From the IMG/VR virus record IMGVR_UViG_3300020414_000298, positions 1 through 27,743 of that record: 27,743 nt of DNA. One strand, 5' to 3'. Origin of the DNA: a virus. Taxonomy: Duplodnaviria; Caudoviricetes. A program made the translations under genes and the position numbers. The stretch's first letter is position 1; each line of letters opens with the position of its first letter. The notes below the pieces were generated by a model. It did no database searches. It was not told where the DNA came from and worked only from the letters and a program-made list of their open reading frames with translations. Shown piece after piece: positions 16,474-24,927 of the stretch.

Positions 16474-17855
16474 TACTCAGCACAGGAAGAACAGAATTGC
16501 TCCTCTTCATCTAACTCAAAAATATATCGGTAATTATCGTCGTCGATAATCGCTCCTGCATCATCCTTTCGGAGGGTGTCAGGTAAGACCTGGAGTGAAT
16601 AATAGAGAGAGGTTTGTGGTGATGCGAACCAATCTTGGATAAAGTTCTCATCCATGGTGACACAATCGGCCCACCAATTCAGAGAGTATCCATGGAATAG
16701 TCCGGTGTCGGTCATCATTTGAACCAGACCATTTGCCACTTTCAGGAACGAGTCATAACCGACTTCAGATGCAATCTCCACGTCGCCGTAGGAGACTGTC
16801 TGCGTACCAAAGGTGGAACTGACCCGATCAACTTCACGGTTGATGGGCGGGGCGATCTCTGGACAAGTGGTGTTGCCACGCAGGTCCGTATAGTTATACG
16901 AACAGGTCGCCGTTGGTGCGATGGTGAACGCACGTTCCATGCGATTGGCACGGGCAATACGTTCAGCAGCTTCGATACCTTTCTTCCACTCATTAGCGAG
17001 TAGAAGAGCAGGAGTATCGTATTTGATGTAAGGAGTTTTGTTGAGAGTAGCGAGGGCTTCACCAAACTCCTCGTAGGTGATGCCATGGATGGACAGGTGA
17101 TTAGCCAGCCCAAGGATGCCCAAGCCGACCTGCCGATCCTCTTTGGGTGACAGGTAGTGCCCAGACTTATCCACGCCAGTGCGTCCATGAAGCTCGCACA
17201 ACTCAGTCATACCCTGCTCAAAGGCAGGAACAATGTCTTCAATGTGCAAAGCCCCAGCGTTGACATGACTCAAAAGGCATGTCCCCTTCGATCTCAAATA
17301 GATCTCCAAACATACGTTGGAATAAATACGTTCACAATGAAGATCCCACTTCATCTTGGACAACCAGATGTCACCATTACGAACACCAGCCAACACAAGA
17401 TCTTTGGTTTCTTGAGATGCCTCATTCCACATCTCTTCAGTGACATCTACACAGCGCTTAAGCCAAGGAAGTTCTTGACGACTAACTGTGAGATATTCAT
17501 TGATGTCAGGATGACTGAGCGCACAATGACTGACCACCGCGCCGGACCTATATTGCCCGCCTCTGCGTAGTACCTCATTCAAAACTGAAAAAATTTTGAG
17601 GAAACTTACAGGCCCAGAAGCGATCAGGCCTTTGCCGTTATCGCTGCCCCGTGGACGCAACTTAGATACGTCAATGGCACAGCCAGCACCAAAGCGGAGA
17701 GCGTGAGCAGCGAAGGTGATTGCATCAGCAATACCATTTTCTCCGTCGTAGCTGTCCTCAATGGACATGACAGTACAGCTCACAGGAAGCCGTCCTTCAG
17801 GATTTTCTTGCCACGATTTCACGCGGCCTGTCTTTGCGATGAATTGTGCAGACAT
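16473..17855 (-). CDS. nrdA: Ribonucleotide reductase alpha subunit (compact cyanopodovirus type, no ATP cone)
   Basis: 460 aa with PVSC, LRPRG, ASGPVSF, NVCLE, GTCLLSHVN, GLGILG, IAPTATCS, TSLYY and C-terminal CSSC motifs. Confidence 0.9.
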   Translation of the reverse strand: MSAQFIAKTGRVKSWQENPEGRLPVSCTVMSIEDSYDGENGIADAITFAAHALRFGAGCAIDVSKLRPRGSDNGKGLIASGPVSFLKIFSVLNEVLRRGGQYRSGAVVSHCALSHPDINEYLTVSRQELPWLKRCVDVTEEMWNEASQETKDLVLAGVRNGDIWLSKMKWDLHCERIYSNVCLEIYLRSKGTCLLSHVNAGALHIEDIVPAFEQGMTELCELHGRTGVDKSGHYLSPKEDRQVGLGILGLANHLSIHGITYEEFGEALATLNKTPYIKYDTPALLLANEWKKGIEAAERIARANRMERAFTIAPTATCSYNYTDLRGNTTCPEIAPPINREVDRVSSTFGTQTVSYGDVEIASEVGYDSFLKVANGLVQMMTDTGLFHGYSLNWWADCVTMDENFIQDWFASPQTSLYYSLQVLPDTLRKDDAGAIIDDDNYRYIFELDEEEQFCSSCAE

Positions 17856-18247
17856 TAGATAAGATCAGTGAGGTAAGGGGGATGGTAGTGAGGTGGCTTG
17901 ATTACTTTTCCAAACTCATTCTTCACAGGCTTGCCATCGACAAGCTTGGACATGTTGGATTCATACACCCGGTCCAATGCTTCATCGAGAGGCCAGCCCA
18001 TAGCGGCTGAGTATTGAAAACAAACAAAGACCAAATCCGCTAGCTCTTTGAGAAGATGCTCACGGCTTCTGGGGTTTTGGATGTATTGGATAGCCTCAGC
18101 ATGTGCCTCCATAACTTCCTCGTACTCCTCCGAAATCAGCCTCTGCTGAATTGTCGCTGTATCGGGATTGAATACACCAATGGGTTGTTCCATCAGATTG
18201 CGAAACTTGATCGCTTGACCCATTAGGTCGGGGTGTGGTGCTTTCAT
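17855..18247 (-). CDS. MazG-like nucleoside triphosphate pyrophosphohydrolase
   Basis: LISEEYEE, KELADLVFV, VYESNMSKL and GKVIKP motifs. The probable start is MKAPHPDL at 18247 rather than 18409. Confidence 0.85.
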   Translation of the reverse strand: MKAPHPDLMGQAIKFRNLMEQPIGVFNPDTATIQQRLISEEYEEVMEAHAEAIQYIQNPRSREHLLKELADLVFVCFQYSAAMGWPLDEALDRVYESNMSKLVDGKPVKNEFGKVIKPPHYHPPYLTDLI

Positions 18248-18449
18248 CTTGTGATGCGGTTTCAATAAGTTTGCGGAGGTAGGTAGCTGCCTTTGTAAGA
18301 TCATCCAGGCGAGACTCACCATCTTTCTTTCCGGCGCGGGTGACGTATTTAATGATGTTGCCCTCAAGGAAGTTGAGGTCTTGAGAGACAATGAAGTCCC
18401 AAGGTTCAATCGACCCTTGGCGGTAGTGCTGTGGATTTGATTTGCTCAT
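18096..18449 (-). CDS. DUF3310 / T7 gp1.7-like putative nucleotide kinase
   Basis: NPQHYRQGSIEPWDFI...GNIIKYVTRAGKK...DDLTKAATYL signature. Start at MSKSN (18449). Confidence 0.8.
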   Translation of the reverse strand: MSKSNPQHYRQGSIEPWDFIVSQDLNFLEGNIIKYVTRAGKKDGESRLDDLTKAATYLRKLIETASQDESTTPRPNGSSDQVSQSDGTTHWCIQSRYSDNSAEADFGGVRGSYGGTC

Positions 18450-18585
18450 TAAGAACTTTTTGGTAAAAGGTTTCCATCCAATCAGGCCAAAGGTTGACAC
18501 CATGCGGAATGTCCATACCTCTGTATGCCCGATTAGCTCTTAAAACGTTCCTCAGGAAGGTCAGCTCCTGCGGCGTCAAGTTCAT
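18406..18585 (-). CDS. Hypothetical protein (59 aa)
   Basis: MNLTPQELTFLRNVL... fills the gap between the nblA-like gene and DUF3310. It is the 3' part of track ORF 18406..18693. Confidence 0.5.
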   Translation of the reverse strand: MNLTPQELTFLRNVLRANRAYRGMDIPHGVNLWPDWMETFYQKVLNEQIKSTALPPRVD

Positions 18586-18763
18586 GCCATGCGTCGATGA
18601 TGTTGTTGAGCGTGTTCTTAAGAAGAAAGTTGTGCTTAAGAAGTGTTTGGCAAATCTCAAGCGTTTGCTCTGGACTTGCCTTTTCAATGTCACCTAAAAG
18701 AGTGGCAACTTTAAACTCTTGTTCAAGCGTCAGCTTTGTCACTGGAGGAGGTAGCGGTTTCAT
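18533..18763 (-). CDS. nblA: NblA-like phycobilisome degradation adaptor
   Basis: LTLEQEF...IEKASPEQTLEICQTLLKHNFLLKNTLNNII matches the NblA pattern L(S/T)LEQxF...S.EQ...L...N. It overlaps the exonuclease 3' end. Confidence 0.7.
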   Translation of the reverse strand: MKPLPPPVTKLTLEQEFKVATLLGDIEKASPEQTLEICQTLLKHNFLLKNTLNNIIDAWHELDAAGADLPEERFKS

Positions 18764-19496
18764 AAGGGCTATAAAGAATCGGGACTTGTTTTTCCTTATC
18801 CCAATCCTCTGCCTGCAGGATGCGAGCTAGTCGAAGGTTGCGGAGTGCATCCTCTTCTGTCTGTCCAGCTTTCTCGTAGGTCTCTACGATCACCTTCCAG
18901 TAGTTCCCATCCTTTACTTTTTCAAGGATCTGCTCAGCCTTTTTAGGGCCAACACTTTTACATCCTTTGTAGCCATCAGTGCTATCCCCTGTGAGACATT
19001 GCTCCCACAGTTTCATCATTGCGCTCTCAGGATCCTGTGTGAATTCATCCTTGAGGTTGTAAATGCGGCATGGGATTTGCAGCATGTCCTTATCAGGCGA
19101 GACAAGAACAAAGTTGTCGATGTCACCTTTGGTAGCCAAGATGCCTAGGACATCATCAGCTTCCAGCCCAGGTTTGATAACGCTAGGCCAGGTAGCCATA
19201 CACCACTCCTTTAGTTTCTTGTAGCCCGCTGGCTTTCGCTTGTCCTTGCGAGACCCCTTGTAGTCAGGGTCGATGTCTTTGCGGAAGTTAGTGGTGTCGG
19301 TAAAACACAACAGCAGATCATCAGTGTCAAACCGTTGGCGTAGGTTGCGCCACTCTTGTTTGACTATGCGTCTGCCTTCCATAAAGTCGCCAACAATGAC
19401 GGTGAGGTCAGGGTTGTACTCAAGCTCTAGCTCGGCCGCGGCGGCCGCTCGATACAGGAAATAATCTGCATCGACTAATAGTTTGGGTGGTTTCAT
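18723..19496 (-). CDS. 5'-3' exonuclease (T7 gp6-like)
   Basis: 257 aa with LLVDAD, NFRK..PDYKG.R, LEADDVLGI, SPDKDM and GDSTDGYKG motifs. Confidence 0.93.
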   Translation of the reverse strand: MKPPKLLVDADYFLYRAAAAAELELEYNPDLTVIVGDFMEGRRIVKQEWRNLRQRFDTDDLLLCFTDTTNFRKDIDPDYKGSRKDKRKPAGYKKLKEWCMATWPSVIKPGLEADDVLGILATKGDIDNFVLVSPDKDMLQIPCRIYNLKDEFTQDPESAMMKLWEQCLTGDSTDGYKGCKSVGPKKAEQILEKVKDGNYWKVIVETYEKAGQTEEDALRNLRLARILQAEDWDKEKQVPILYSPYETATSSSDKADA

Positions 19497-19499
19497 TTA

Positions 19500-19838
19500 T
19501 TAGTCCCAAAAAGATTCCCAGCCCTCTGGCTCTTTGCCTCGGGTCCAGCGAATCTCTTCAGTAAGAGGGTTGACGTGGATTACATGGACACCTTCTGCCA
19601 CTGATGCGCCTGTGGATTTCCAGCACTTGTTTTGATAGCGCATGGATTTCACATCACACTTGAGCTGCTGCTCACCCTGTTGGAGGATGAGATCAACAGC
19701 TCCCGTGCAACCGGCGTTGGAATAAACCTCTGCGCCACGTCGCCATGCCTCGCGGATGACGTGCAGCTCCCAGAAGTCTCCTTTTCTATTTGTATCAGTG
19801 GCAATCGGCCCAGCTTTCTCCGATAACGGATTCAGCAT
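19500..19838 (-). CDS. Free-standing PD-(D/E)XK endonuclease, I-Ssp6803I-like
   Basis: TNRKGDFWE...RRGAEV...AVDLIL...LKCDVKS follows the KGD...G..V...DL....K.(Q/D)VKS pattern of the group I intron-associated PD-(D/E)XK nuclease family. Aligned by eye. Confidence 0.6.
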   Translation of the reverse strand: MLNPLSEKAGPIATDTNRKGDFWELHVIREAWRRGAEVYSNAGCTGAVDLILQQGEQQLKCDVKSMRYQNKCWKSTGASVAEGVHVIHVNPLTEEIRWTRGKEPEGWESFWD

Positions 19839-21555
19839 CTAGTTCACAGCGGAAGTTAAATTGCTTCTGAACATCTTTCATTGCAGCTACCAATAAGAAG
19901 GCAGCTTGTTCAGCATGGTCGGGGTGGACGGAAAGCTGCTGTTCATCATGTATAAATCCCAGCGGTCGATAGTCAAGTTCAGCCTCTTGTAGAAGCTCAT
20001 GACTCCTGAGCAGCCAAGCCTTACACAAAATTGCGCCACAGCTTTGCAGTAAATAATTAGTTGCTGCATAAGTTTTGTTCCCTAATCTGATAGGCCTTCC
20101 GTCTAAGGCTTTCAGTACACCTGTCTCCGCACGAGTTGCGATTGCCTTACTAAGTTCAGCAAAACCATCTAGTCCAGACATAATTGCTGAACGGATACGT
20201 TTACCTTCTTTAGCTGCATCTTGTTTAGATGCTCCGGCAGTCAATCCGATGCGAAAGTTCGATCCTCCATAGATCATTGCATAGGTTGTCGCCTTACCAA
20301 TAGATCTAGGCGTGTTGTAGATTTCAGCCAACTTTGTGTGGATGTCACCCTCAACAACTTCTTTGGAGAAAGCACCACCATCGAACAAAGCTAAGTAATG
20401 TCCAAGGCAGCGAAGTTCTAGGCCAGAAGCATCAGCTCCAACCTGAACTCTTCCCTTACCTGGACCCCATAGCTCTCGATACTCACGTTCACTCGGGGTC
20501 TGAGCAACGTTCGGACGCATGTGAATTTGCCTACCCGTGTTTGTATTAAGAACACAGGAGTGGTGGATCTTACCCTTGACTGCAAGTTTGAGCCAAGAGT
20601 TTTGTCCCTCACTGAGCTGGCCTAGATGTTTTTGAAGAGTGAGGATACGGGCGAATTTTTTGGATTCGTCTGTTCCTATCTCCATCAAAATTTTTTCATC
20701 AATTTTTGGCCGACCTGTATCGGTCAATTCACGAGGCTTCCAGCCACGGAAGTTCTGGAAAGCAAATGCGATGTGTTGACGACTCGTCGGGTTGAACTCC
20801 TTAAGCCGTGTCATGGTCGCACCTTCGACATAACCCTTGTTTTGGTTAGGCCGTTTGGGTGTGAACTGACCACCATCCACCATGTGGAAGGTGTCACGCA
20901 TCTGTTCGGATAGAACCTCCAGTTCAGACCGGAGCTTGCTTTCCAGCTCATGCGCCTTGCGTACATCAAAGTCCCAGCCCTCTCGTTCTTGCCATGCCAT
21001 CACCTCAGCAAGGCGATGCTCTGTCTCAATACAGTCTTTGTACTGTTCCAGCTTTGGCTCGAAGAGTTTGCATAGCTCGACATTGACTGCCACGTCTTGG
21101 ATGCAGTACGCCAGCATCTCTGCTGAATACTCAGACCAATCTGTAGTTTTGCCGAACTCAGACTTGTAATGTCCGAGGCGATAGCCCCAGCTTTCCAGTG
21201 ATGCCCTGCCGTATAAGTTGGCGGGCATGTTGGCAGGCTTAGATCTAAAGTCCCGATCTAACAAGTCGGTAAAGAACAACCGACTGAGGATCAAGGTGTC
21301 ATAGATCTTTTTGGGTTTGAAGAACGGGTAGATCTCTCTGATGAATTCAGTATCAAAGGAAAGGAAGTTGTGCCCCCATACCTCATCAGCTTCCATCAGA
21401 TATTTGATGCCAGTAACGATGGGCTCATTGTCTGAGCCCTTATCGTCATAGCAAACAACCTGTCCCGTATCTAGATCCTGTGTGACTAAACAATGGATGA
21501 GTGGACTGTCTTGTCTAAGAAGTCCATTTGTCTCAATGTCAGCGCATAATCTCAT
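19795..21555 (-). CDS. DNA polymerase family A (T7 gp5-like)
   Basis: 586 aa. Exonuclease motifs DIETNG, GHN and YCIQDV; motif A DASGLELR, motif B KATTYAMIYG (Tyr at the 762-equivalent position), motif C HDE. Confidence 0.96.
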   Translation of the reverse strand: MRLCADIETNGLLRQDSPLIHCLVTQDLDTGQVVCYDDKGSDNEPIVTGIKYLMEADEVWGHNFLSFDTEFIREIYPFFKPKKIYDTLILSRLFFTDLLDRDFRSKPANMPANLYGRASLESWGYRLGHYKSEFGKTTDWSEYSAEMLAYCIQDVAVNVELCKLFEPKLEQYKDCIETEHRLAEVMAWQEREGWDFDVRKAHELESKLRSELEVLSEQMRDTFHMVDGGQFTPKRPNQNKGYVEGATMTRLKEFNPTSRQHIAFAFQNFRGWKPRELTDTGRPKIDEKILMEIGTDESKKFARILTLQKHLGQLSEGQNSWLKLAVKGKIHHSCVLNTNTGRQIHMRPNVAQTPSEREYRELWGPGKGRVQVGADASGLELRCLGHYLALFDGGAFSKEVVEGDIHTKLAEIYNTPRSIGKATTYAMIYGGSNFRIGLTAGASKQDAAKEGKRIRSAIMSGLDGFAELSKAIATRAETGVLKALDGRPIRLGNKTYAATNYLLQSCGAILCKAWLLRSHELLQEAELDYRPLGFIHDEQQLSVHPDHAEQAAFLLVAAMKDVQKQFNFRCELDAESVIGESWADCH

Positions 21556-21854
21556 AGGTTCATTGCCTTACATTCTTTTAGCTCATCATGAAGAGCGTCG
21601 TAGCAGGCAGTGCCACCAACCCAGCGATCTAGTTCTTGACCGAGGTCGTCGACTAGCAGCATGGTTGGAAACATATCGATCTCGTATGCGACAAGTAGAG
21701 CAGAGTGATACTCCTTACGCAGTACAGAGATTTGGTGAACTAAGTCCGGTTCCCTGGAGATGATTGATTCCAGGCGCTGAGCAACACGCCCACAGGGTGG
21801 GCAGCTCTGCTTTTTGAACAGAACTAGATGCTTCCTAGAAGTCGGTGTAGTCAT
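21552..21854 (-). CDS. Thioredoxin/glutaredoxin-like protein
   Basis: 100 aa with a CPPC active site and a cis-Pro motif (MFPTMLLV). Confidence 0.8.
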   Translation of the reverse strand: MTTPTSRKHLVLFKKQSCPPCGRVAQRLESIISREPDLVHQISVLRKEYHSALLVAYEIDMFPTMLLVDDLGQELDRWVGGTACYDALHDELKECKAMNL

Positions 21855-23439
21855 CAGAAGATGAAGATGCAGCAGTGAGGGATTCAGTAAGACGGCCAGT
21901 TTCCTGGTCGAAGGTAAGGGTGCCAGCAGGGCCGGTGCGCCCGGTAAACCTGTTTTTCAACACGACAAGTTCAGCGGAGTTATCACCTCCACTGATGTCT
22001 CTTTGCACGGCAATGCAGACATCACAAAGTTGAACAATGGAATGCGATCCTCTCAACATTTGTAGAGAGATCTTTGCTCCATCCTCCGGACCTTTGTCAC
22101 CTTGAGAGCGGCGAAGATGGGAGATAAGTATCATTCCGACACCAGTCTCTTCGCAGAATGAACGCAGCATTGTCATGCAGCGGTCAATAGTTTGTCTCTC
22201 ATTGTCCATCTCTAATCCAGAGATAAGGATGGATAGGTGATCAAGAATGATCCACTTAACGCCGTGATGTGCGACTAGAAAGCGGATGTCATTAAGGATG
22301 CAGTCGAGATCAACACTCCCGAAACCATCCCGAAGGAATACGCGACCACCACCCAGACTGCTATCAAAAGCGGTTCTGAGTTCGTCTGTTGGAACTTCAT
22401 TATTTAGGTGAAGTGGTTTGTTTGCTTTGATACTCATCAGCCTGAGAGCAGTTCTCTTGACTGATTCTTCGAGTGCGATGTAACCAACTGAACCGACATC
22501 TGCGTCTACTAAATGACTACAAATCTCGGCAGCTAGGGTTGATTTCCCGCTTCCAGAACCAGCGGTGAGCACCACAAGTTCAGACGCTCGCAAGCCGGAA
22601 GTAATGGAATTGAGAGAAGGGAAAGGATAATCAACATCGCTTGTATGTAGCGGTGTAGATACAAGATCAAAGAGTGTTCGTCCATCAACGATTGAAGCCG
22701 GGGTATAGGTTCGTTTATTCCAGATAGCTTGACGAATAGCCTCACTATCACCGGCTTGCAAGGCATCGCTCGCATCCTTGTACTCAGACAAGGAAGCTAG
22801 AAACGCCTTACCAAACGGGAATAATTGAACGCATTCTTCGGCCGCAGCCACCCCTGCATCGTCGTTGTCGAACATGAAGATGACTTCATCGAAGCCCATC
22901 AGGTACGGCAACTGAGCAGAAATAGCTTTTTTTGCAGCCTTGGCACCGTTGGGAACTGACAAAACAGGCCATTTCGGGCGGGCTTGCCACACGGAAAGGG
23001 CATCAAGTTCCCCTTCTACGCAAACGACAGACTTGCCACCACCAAATAATTGCTGTCCAAACAACTGGTTATCGGTGTTTTTGCCGTGCCAACGGAACTC
23101 TTTGTTAAGAGTTCTTTCTTTGTACCCAACGATTCGACCGGCTTGATCGTGATACGGAAACCGAATTACGGGACCTTGATCAACCCTGACGTTGAACTTC
23201 CTGAGCGTATCCTCATGAAGTCCTCTGGACTTGATCCCGGTGTAATCCCCTGAATAGTCGATTGTTCTAGCTCTTTGAGTTTGTTTGTGATCTGACCCTT
23301 CACCAGACGTGTAGGATCCGCAAGAAAAGCAATAACCGTGGCCGTCAGAATAGAGGCAGTAAGCATCACTGCTGCTGCAACTTGGACAGGGAAGGTGAGC
23401 TTGAGTGACGAAAGATTCTTGGTCATCCGTTGTCAACAT
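21835..23439 (-). CDS. DNA primase-helicase (T7 gp4-like)
   Basis: Zn finger CPSC...CFSC, TOPRIM EGELD/FDND, Walker A AGSGSGKS, ILDHL, SHLRR, LRGS and KNRFTG. Probable ATG at 23439; the track start is TTG at 23445. Confidence 0.96.
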   Translation of the reverse strand: MLTTDDQESFVTQAHLPCPSCSSSDAYCLYSDGHGYCFSCGSYTSGEGSDHKQTQRARTIDYSGDYTGIKSRGLHEDTLRKFNVRVDQGPVIRFPYHDQAGRIVGYKERTLNKEFRWHGKNTDNQLFGQQLFGGGKSVVCVEGELDALSVWQARPKWPVLSVPNGAKAAKKAISAQLPYLMGFDEVIFMFDNDDAGVAAAEECVQLFPFGKAFLASLSEYKDASDALQAGDSEAIRQAIWNKRTYTPASIVDGRTLFDLVSTPLHTSDVDYPFPSLNSITSGLRASELVVLTAGSGSGKSTLAAEICSHLVDADVGSVGYIALEESVKRTALRLMSIKANKPLHLNNEVPTDELRTAFDSSLGGGRVFLRDGFGSVDLDCILNDIRFLVAHHGVKWIILDHLSILISGLEMDNERQTIDRCMTMLRSFCEETGVGMILISHLRRSQGDKGPEDGAKISLQMLRGSHSIVQLCDVCIAVQRDISGGDNSAELVVLKNRFTGRTGPAGTLTFDQETGRLTESLTAASSSSDDYTDF

Positions 23440-23560
23440 CTTCAAGGATTTCTAAATATTCGCGGAGAATGTCGATGATTTCCACGAGGGGTGTGCCCTC
23501 CCGTTCCCGGTCATAAACCCAAGAATCGAGTTGATAGAACACATCTGTTTCAAGACTCAT
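23423..23560 (-). CDS. Small acidic hypothetical protein (45 aa)
   Basis: MSLETDVFYQLDSWVYDREREGTPLVEIIDILREYLEILEDVDNG*. It has an ATGA overlap with the endonuclease stop and fills the gap to the primase. Confidence 0.65.
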   Translation of the reverse strand: MSLETDVFYQLDSWVYDREREGTPLVEIIDILREYLEILEDVDNG

Positions 23561-23913
23561 GACAGCCAGTCATCAGGAATGTTGGGATAAATGCACCACT
23601 TGAATCCATGCTTGTCGCACCAATCCGAGTAGCGAGTTTTAGAGTTACGGGTAAGTGTGTTGTTTCGTTGAAACACAAACCTCAGATCTAGGTCGGGATG
23701 TTGTTCCTTAAGAGCAACATGTTTCCGCCTTTCTGATGGCTTGAAGAATCCTTTTATCTCTAAGACAACACCATTCTTTAGAATAAAGTCTGGTGTGTAT
23801 CGAGACTCCAACACATATTTAAACTTCTGCGCCTCATACAAGAAGGGAATGTTCTTGGATTCAAGTTGCTCAGCCACCCGCTCCTCCAATCCGGAGCGGA
23901 ACTTAGGCATCAA
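23557..23913 (-). CDS. Endonuclease I / Holliday junction resolvase (T7 gp3-like)
   Basis: FRSGLEE, YTPDF, EIKG, DLRFVF and YSDWCDKHGF motifs. Confidence 0.95.
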   Translation of the reverse strand: MMPKFRSGLEERVAEQLESKNIPFLYEAQKFKYVLESRYTPDFILKNGVVLEIKGFFKPSERRKHVALKEQHPDLDLRFVFQRNNTLTRNSKTRYSDWCDKHGFKWCIYPNIPDDWLS

Positions 23914-24104
23914 TCATCTAGGGCTTTTTGAACAATCTCCTCAACGATTTCAGTGACAGCACGAGACATTTCGTACTTGAAATCATTGCGGTCTGCCTTG
24001 TACTTGGTAACAGAAATAGGGGGCAACTGGATGTCCAGAGTGCCTTTGTAGATGCAGAAGTGTTCATCCTTGCTGACTACAAAATTGGTTTTAAGTTCAC
24101 ACAT
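23910..24104 (-). CDS. Hypothetical protein
   Basis: 64 aa, tightly packed between SSB and endonuclease I. Confidence 0.7.
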   Translation of the reverse strand: MCELKTNFVVSKDEHFCIYKGTLDIQLPPISVTKYKADRNDFKYEMSRAVTEIVEEIVQKALDD

Positions 24105-24106
24105 GG

Positions 24107-24673
24107 TCAGAAGTCGTACCCTCCAGCTGCAACAGGCTCAGTATTTGCCTGCTTTACTTGAGGCTCACTTGCCTTGAATCCTTCGGTTGTTCCGAACATT
24201 TCGACAACATCTTCAGTGGAAAGAGTTCCACTATCCGATGCACCATTCATGGCTACAAGTTCAATGACTTGCACACCCAGCACCTTAAGAGTTGTACCCT
24301 TCGCTGGCTTTGTGTACGGAACTTGTTGACAAATGATCTTAACTTTTGTCCCTTTAGCAACAGTTTTAAGGACACTAAGATCGAGAGGATCACCATTGGA
24401 ATCAACAAATACAGGACGCGCACGGCCCGTATCACCGTCAAATGTGTAACTCACAAGGCCATCTTCGTTCCATTTTGGAAAGTTTAAGGCGACTCTTCCT
24501 GTTACTTTTGTTTCAATCCAGGCAAGCAATTCCTCTCGGTCTGCTTCTGCTTCTGCCATCACATCTGAAGGCAAAGTGAACTTAAAGCAACAGTTATTGT
24601 ACTTGCCGGAAGGTTCACCTAGGTTGATGAACCCTTCCAGGGTAGTGCTAAAAACGTAGCGGTTTTTGGACAT
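24107..24673 (-). CDS. Single-stranded DNA-binding protein (T7 gp2.5-like)
   Basis: 188 aa with OB-like motifs (PVFVD, KGTKVK, GVQVIEL) and a C-terminal Phe (YDF). Synteny supports the call. Confidence 0.8.
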   Translation of the reverse strand: MSKNRYVFSTTLEGFINLGEPSGKYNNCCFKFTLPSDVMAEAEADREELLAWIETKVTGRVALNFPKWNEDGLVSYTFDGDTGRARPVFVDSNGDPLDLSVLKTVAKGTKVKIICQQVPYTKPAKGTTLKVLGVQVIELVAMNGASDSGTLSTEDVVEMFGTTEGFKASEPQVKQANTEPVAAGGYDF

Positions 24674-24679
24674 TTGGTG

Positions 24680-24823
24680 TTAAAGATCGAACTCTTTGTG
24701 GGATTTGATGTAACATTCCAACTCTTCTTCTGAGAGTTGTTTTAACTTTGGATCGCCATATGCCAGATACCAGGCATATTCTTCATCCGAAAGTTCGTCG
24801 ATTTCCTGTTGAGATAGCTCCAT
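24680..24823 (-). CDS. Small acidic hypothetical protein (47 aa)
   Basis: MELSQQEIDELSDEEYAWYLAYGDPKLKQLSEEELECYIKSHKEFDL*. It ends 6 nt before the SSB start. Confidence 0.65.
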   Translation of the reverse strand: MELSQQEIDELSDEEYAWYLAYGDPKLKQLSEEELECYIKSHKEFDL

Positions 24824-24883
24824 GGGGCCACGGTAGATTCCTTGGTGTGTAAAACGTGTGTACCCAACCCAGTCATATCAATG

Positions 24884-24904
24884 AAAAAGGGGCCTTGCGG
24901 CCCC
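24884..24904 (-). terminator. Intrinsic terminator after integrase/att
   Basis: Minus strand GGGGCC-GCAA-GGCCCC-UUUUU. Confidence 0.85.
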
Positions 24905-24927
24905 CGAGGTGTGTATTTTTAGGCAGA

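Noticed and set aside
24845-24880. Phage RNA polymerase promoter upstream of the replication genes
   Set aside because: The position is plausible, but I could not find a second matching copy to define a consensus.
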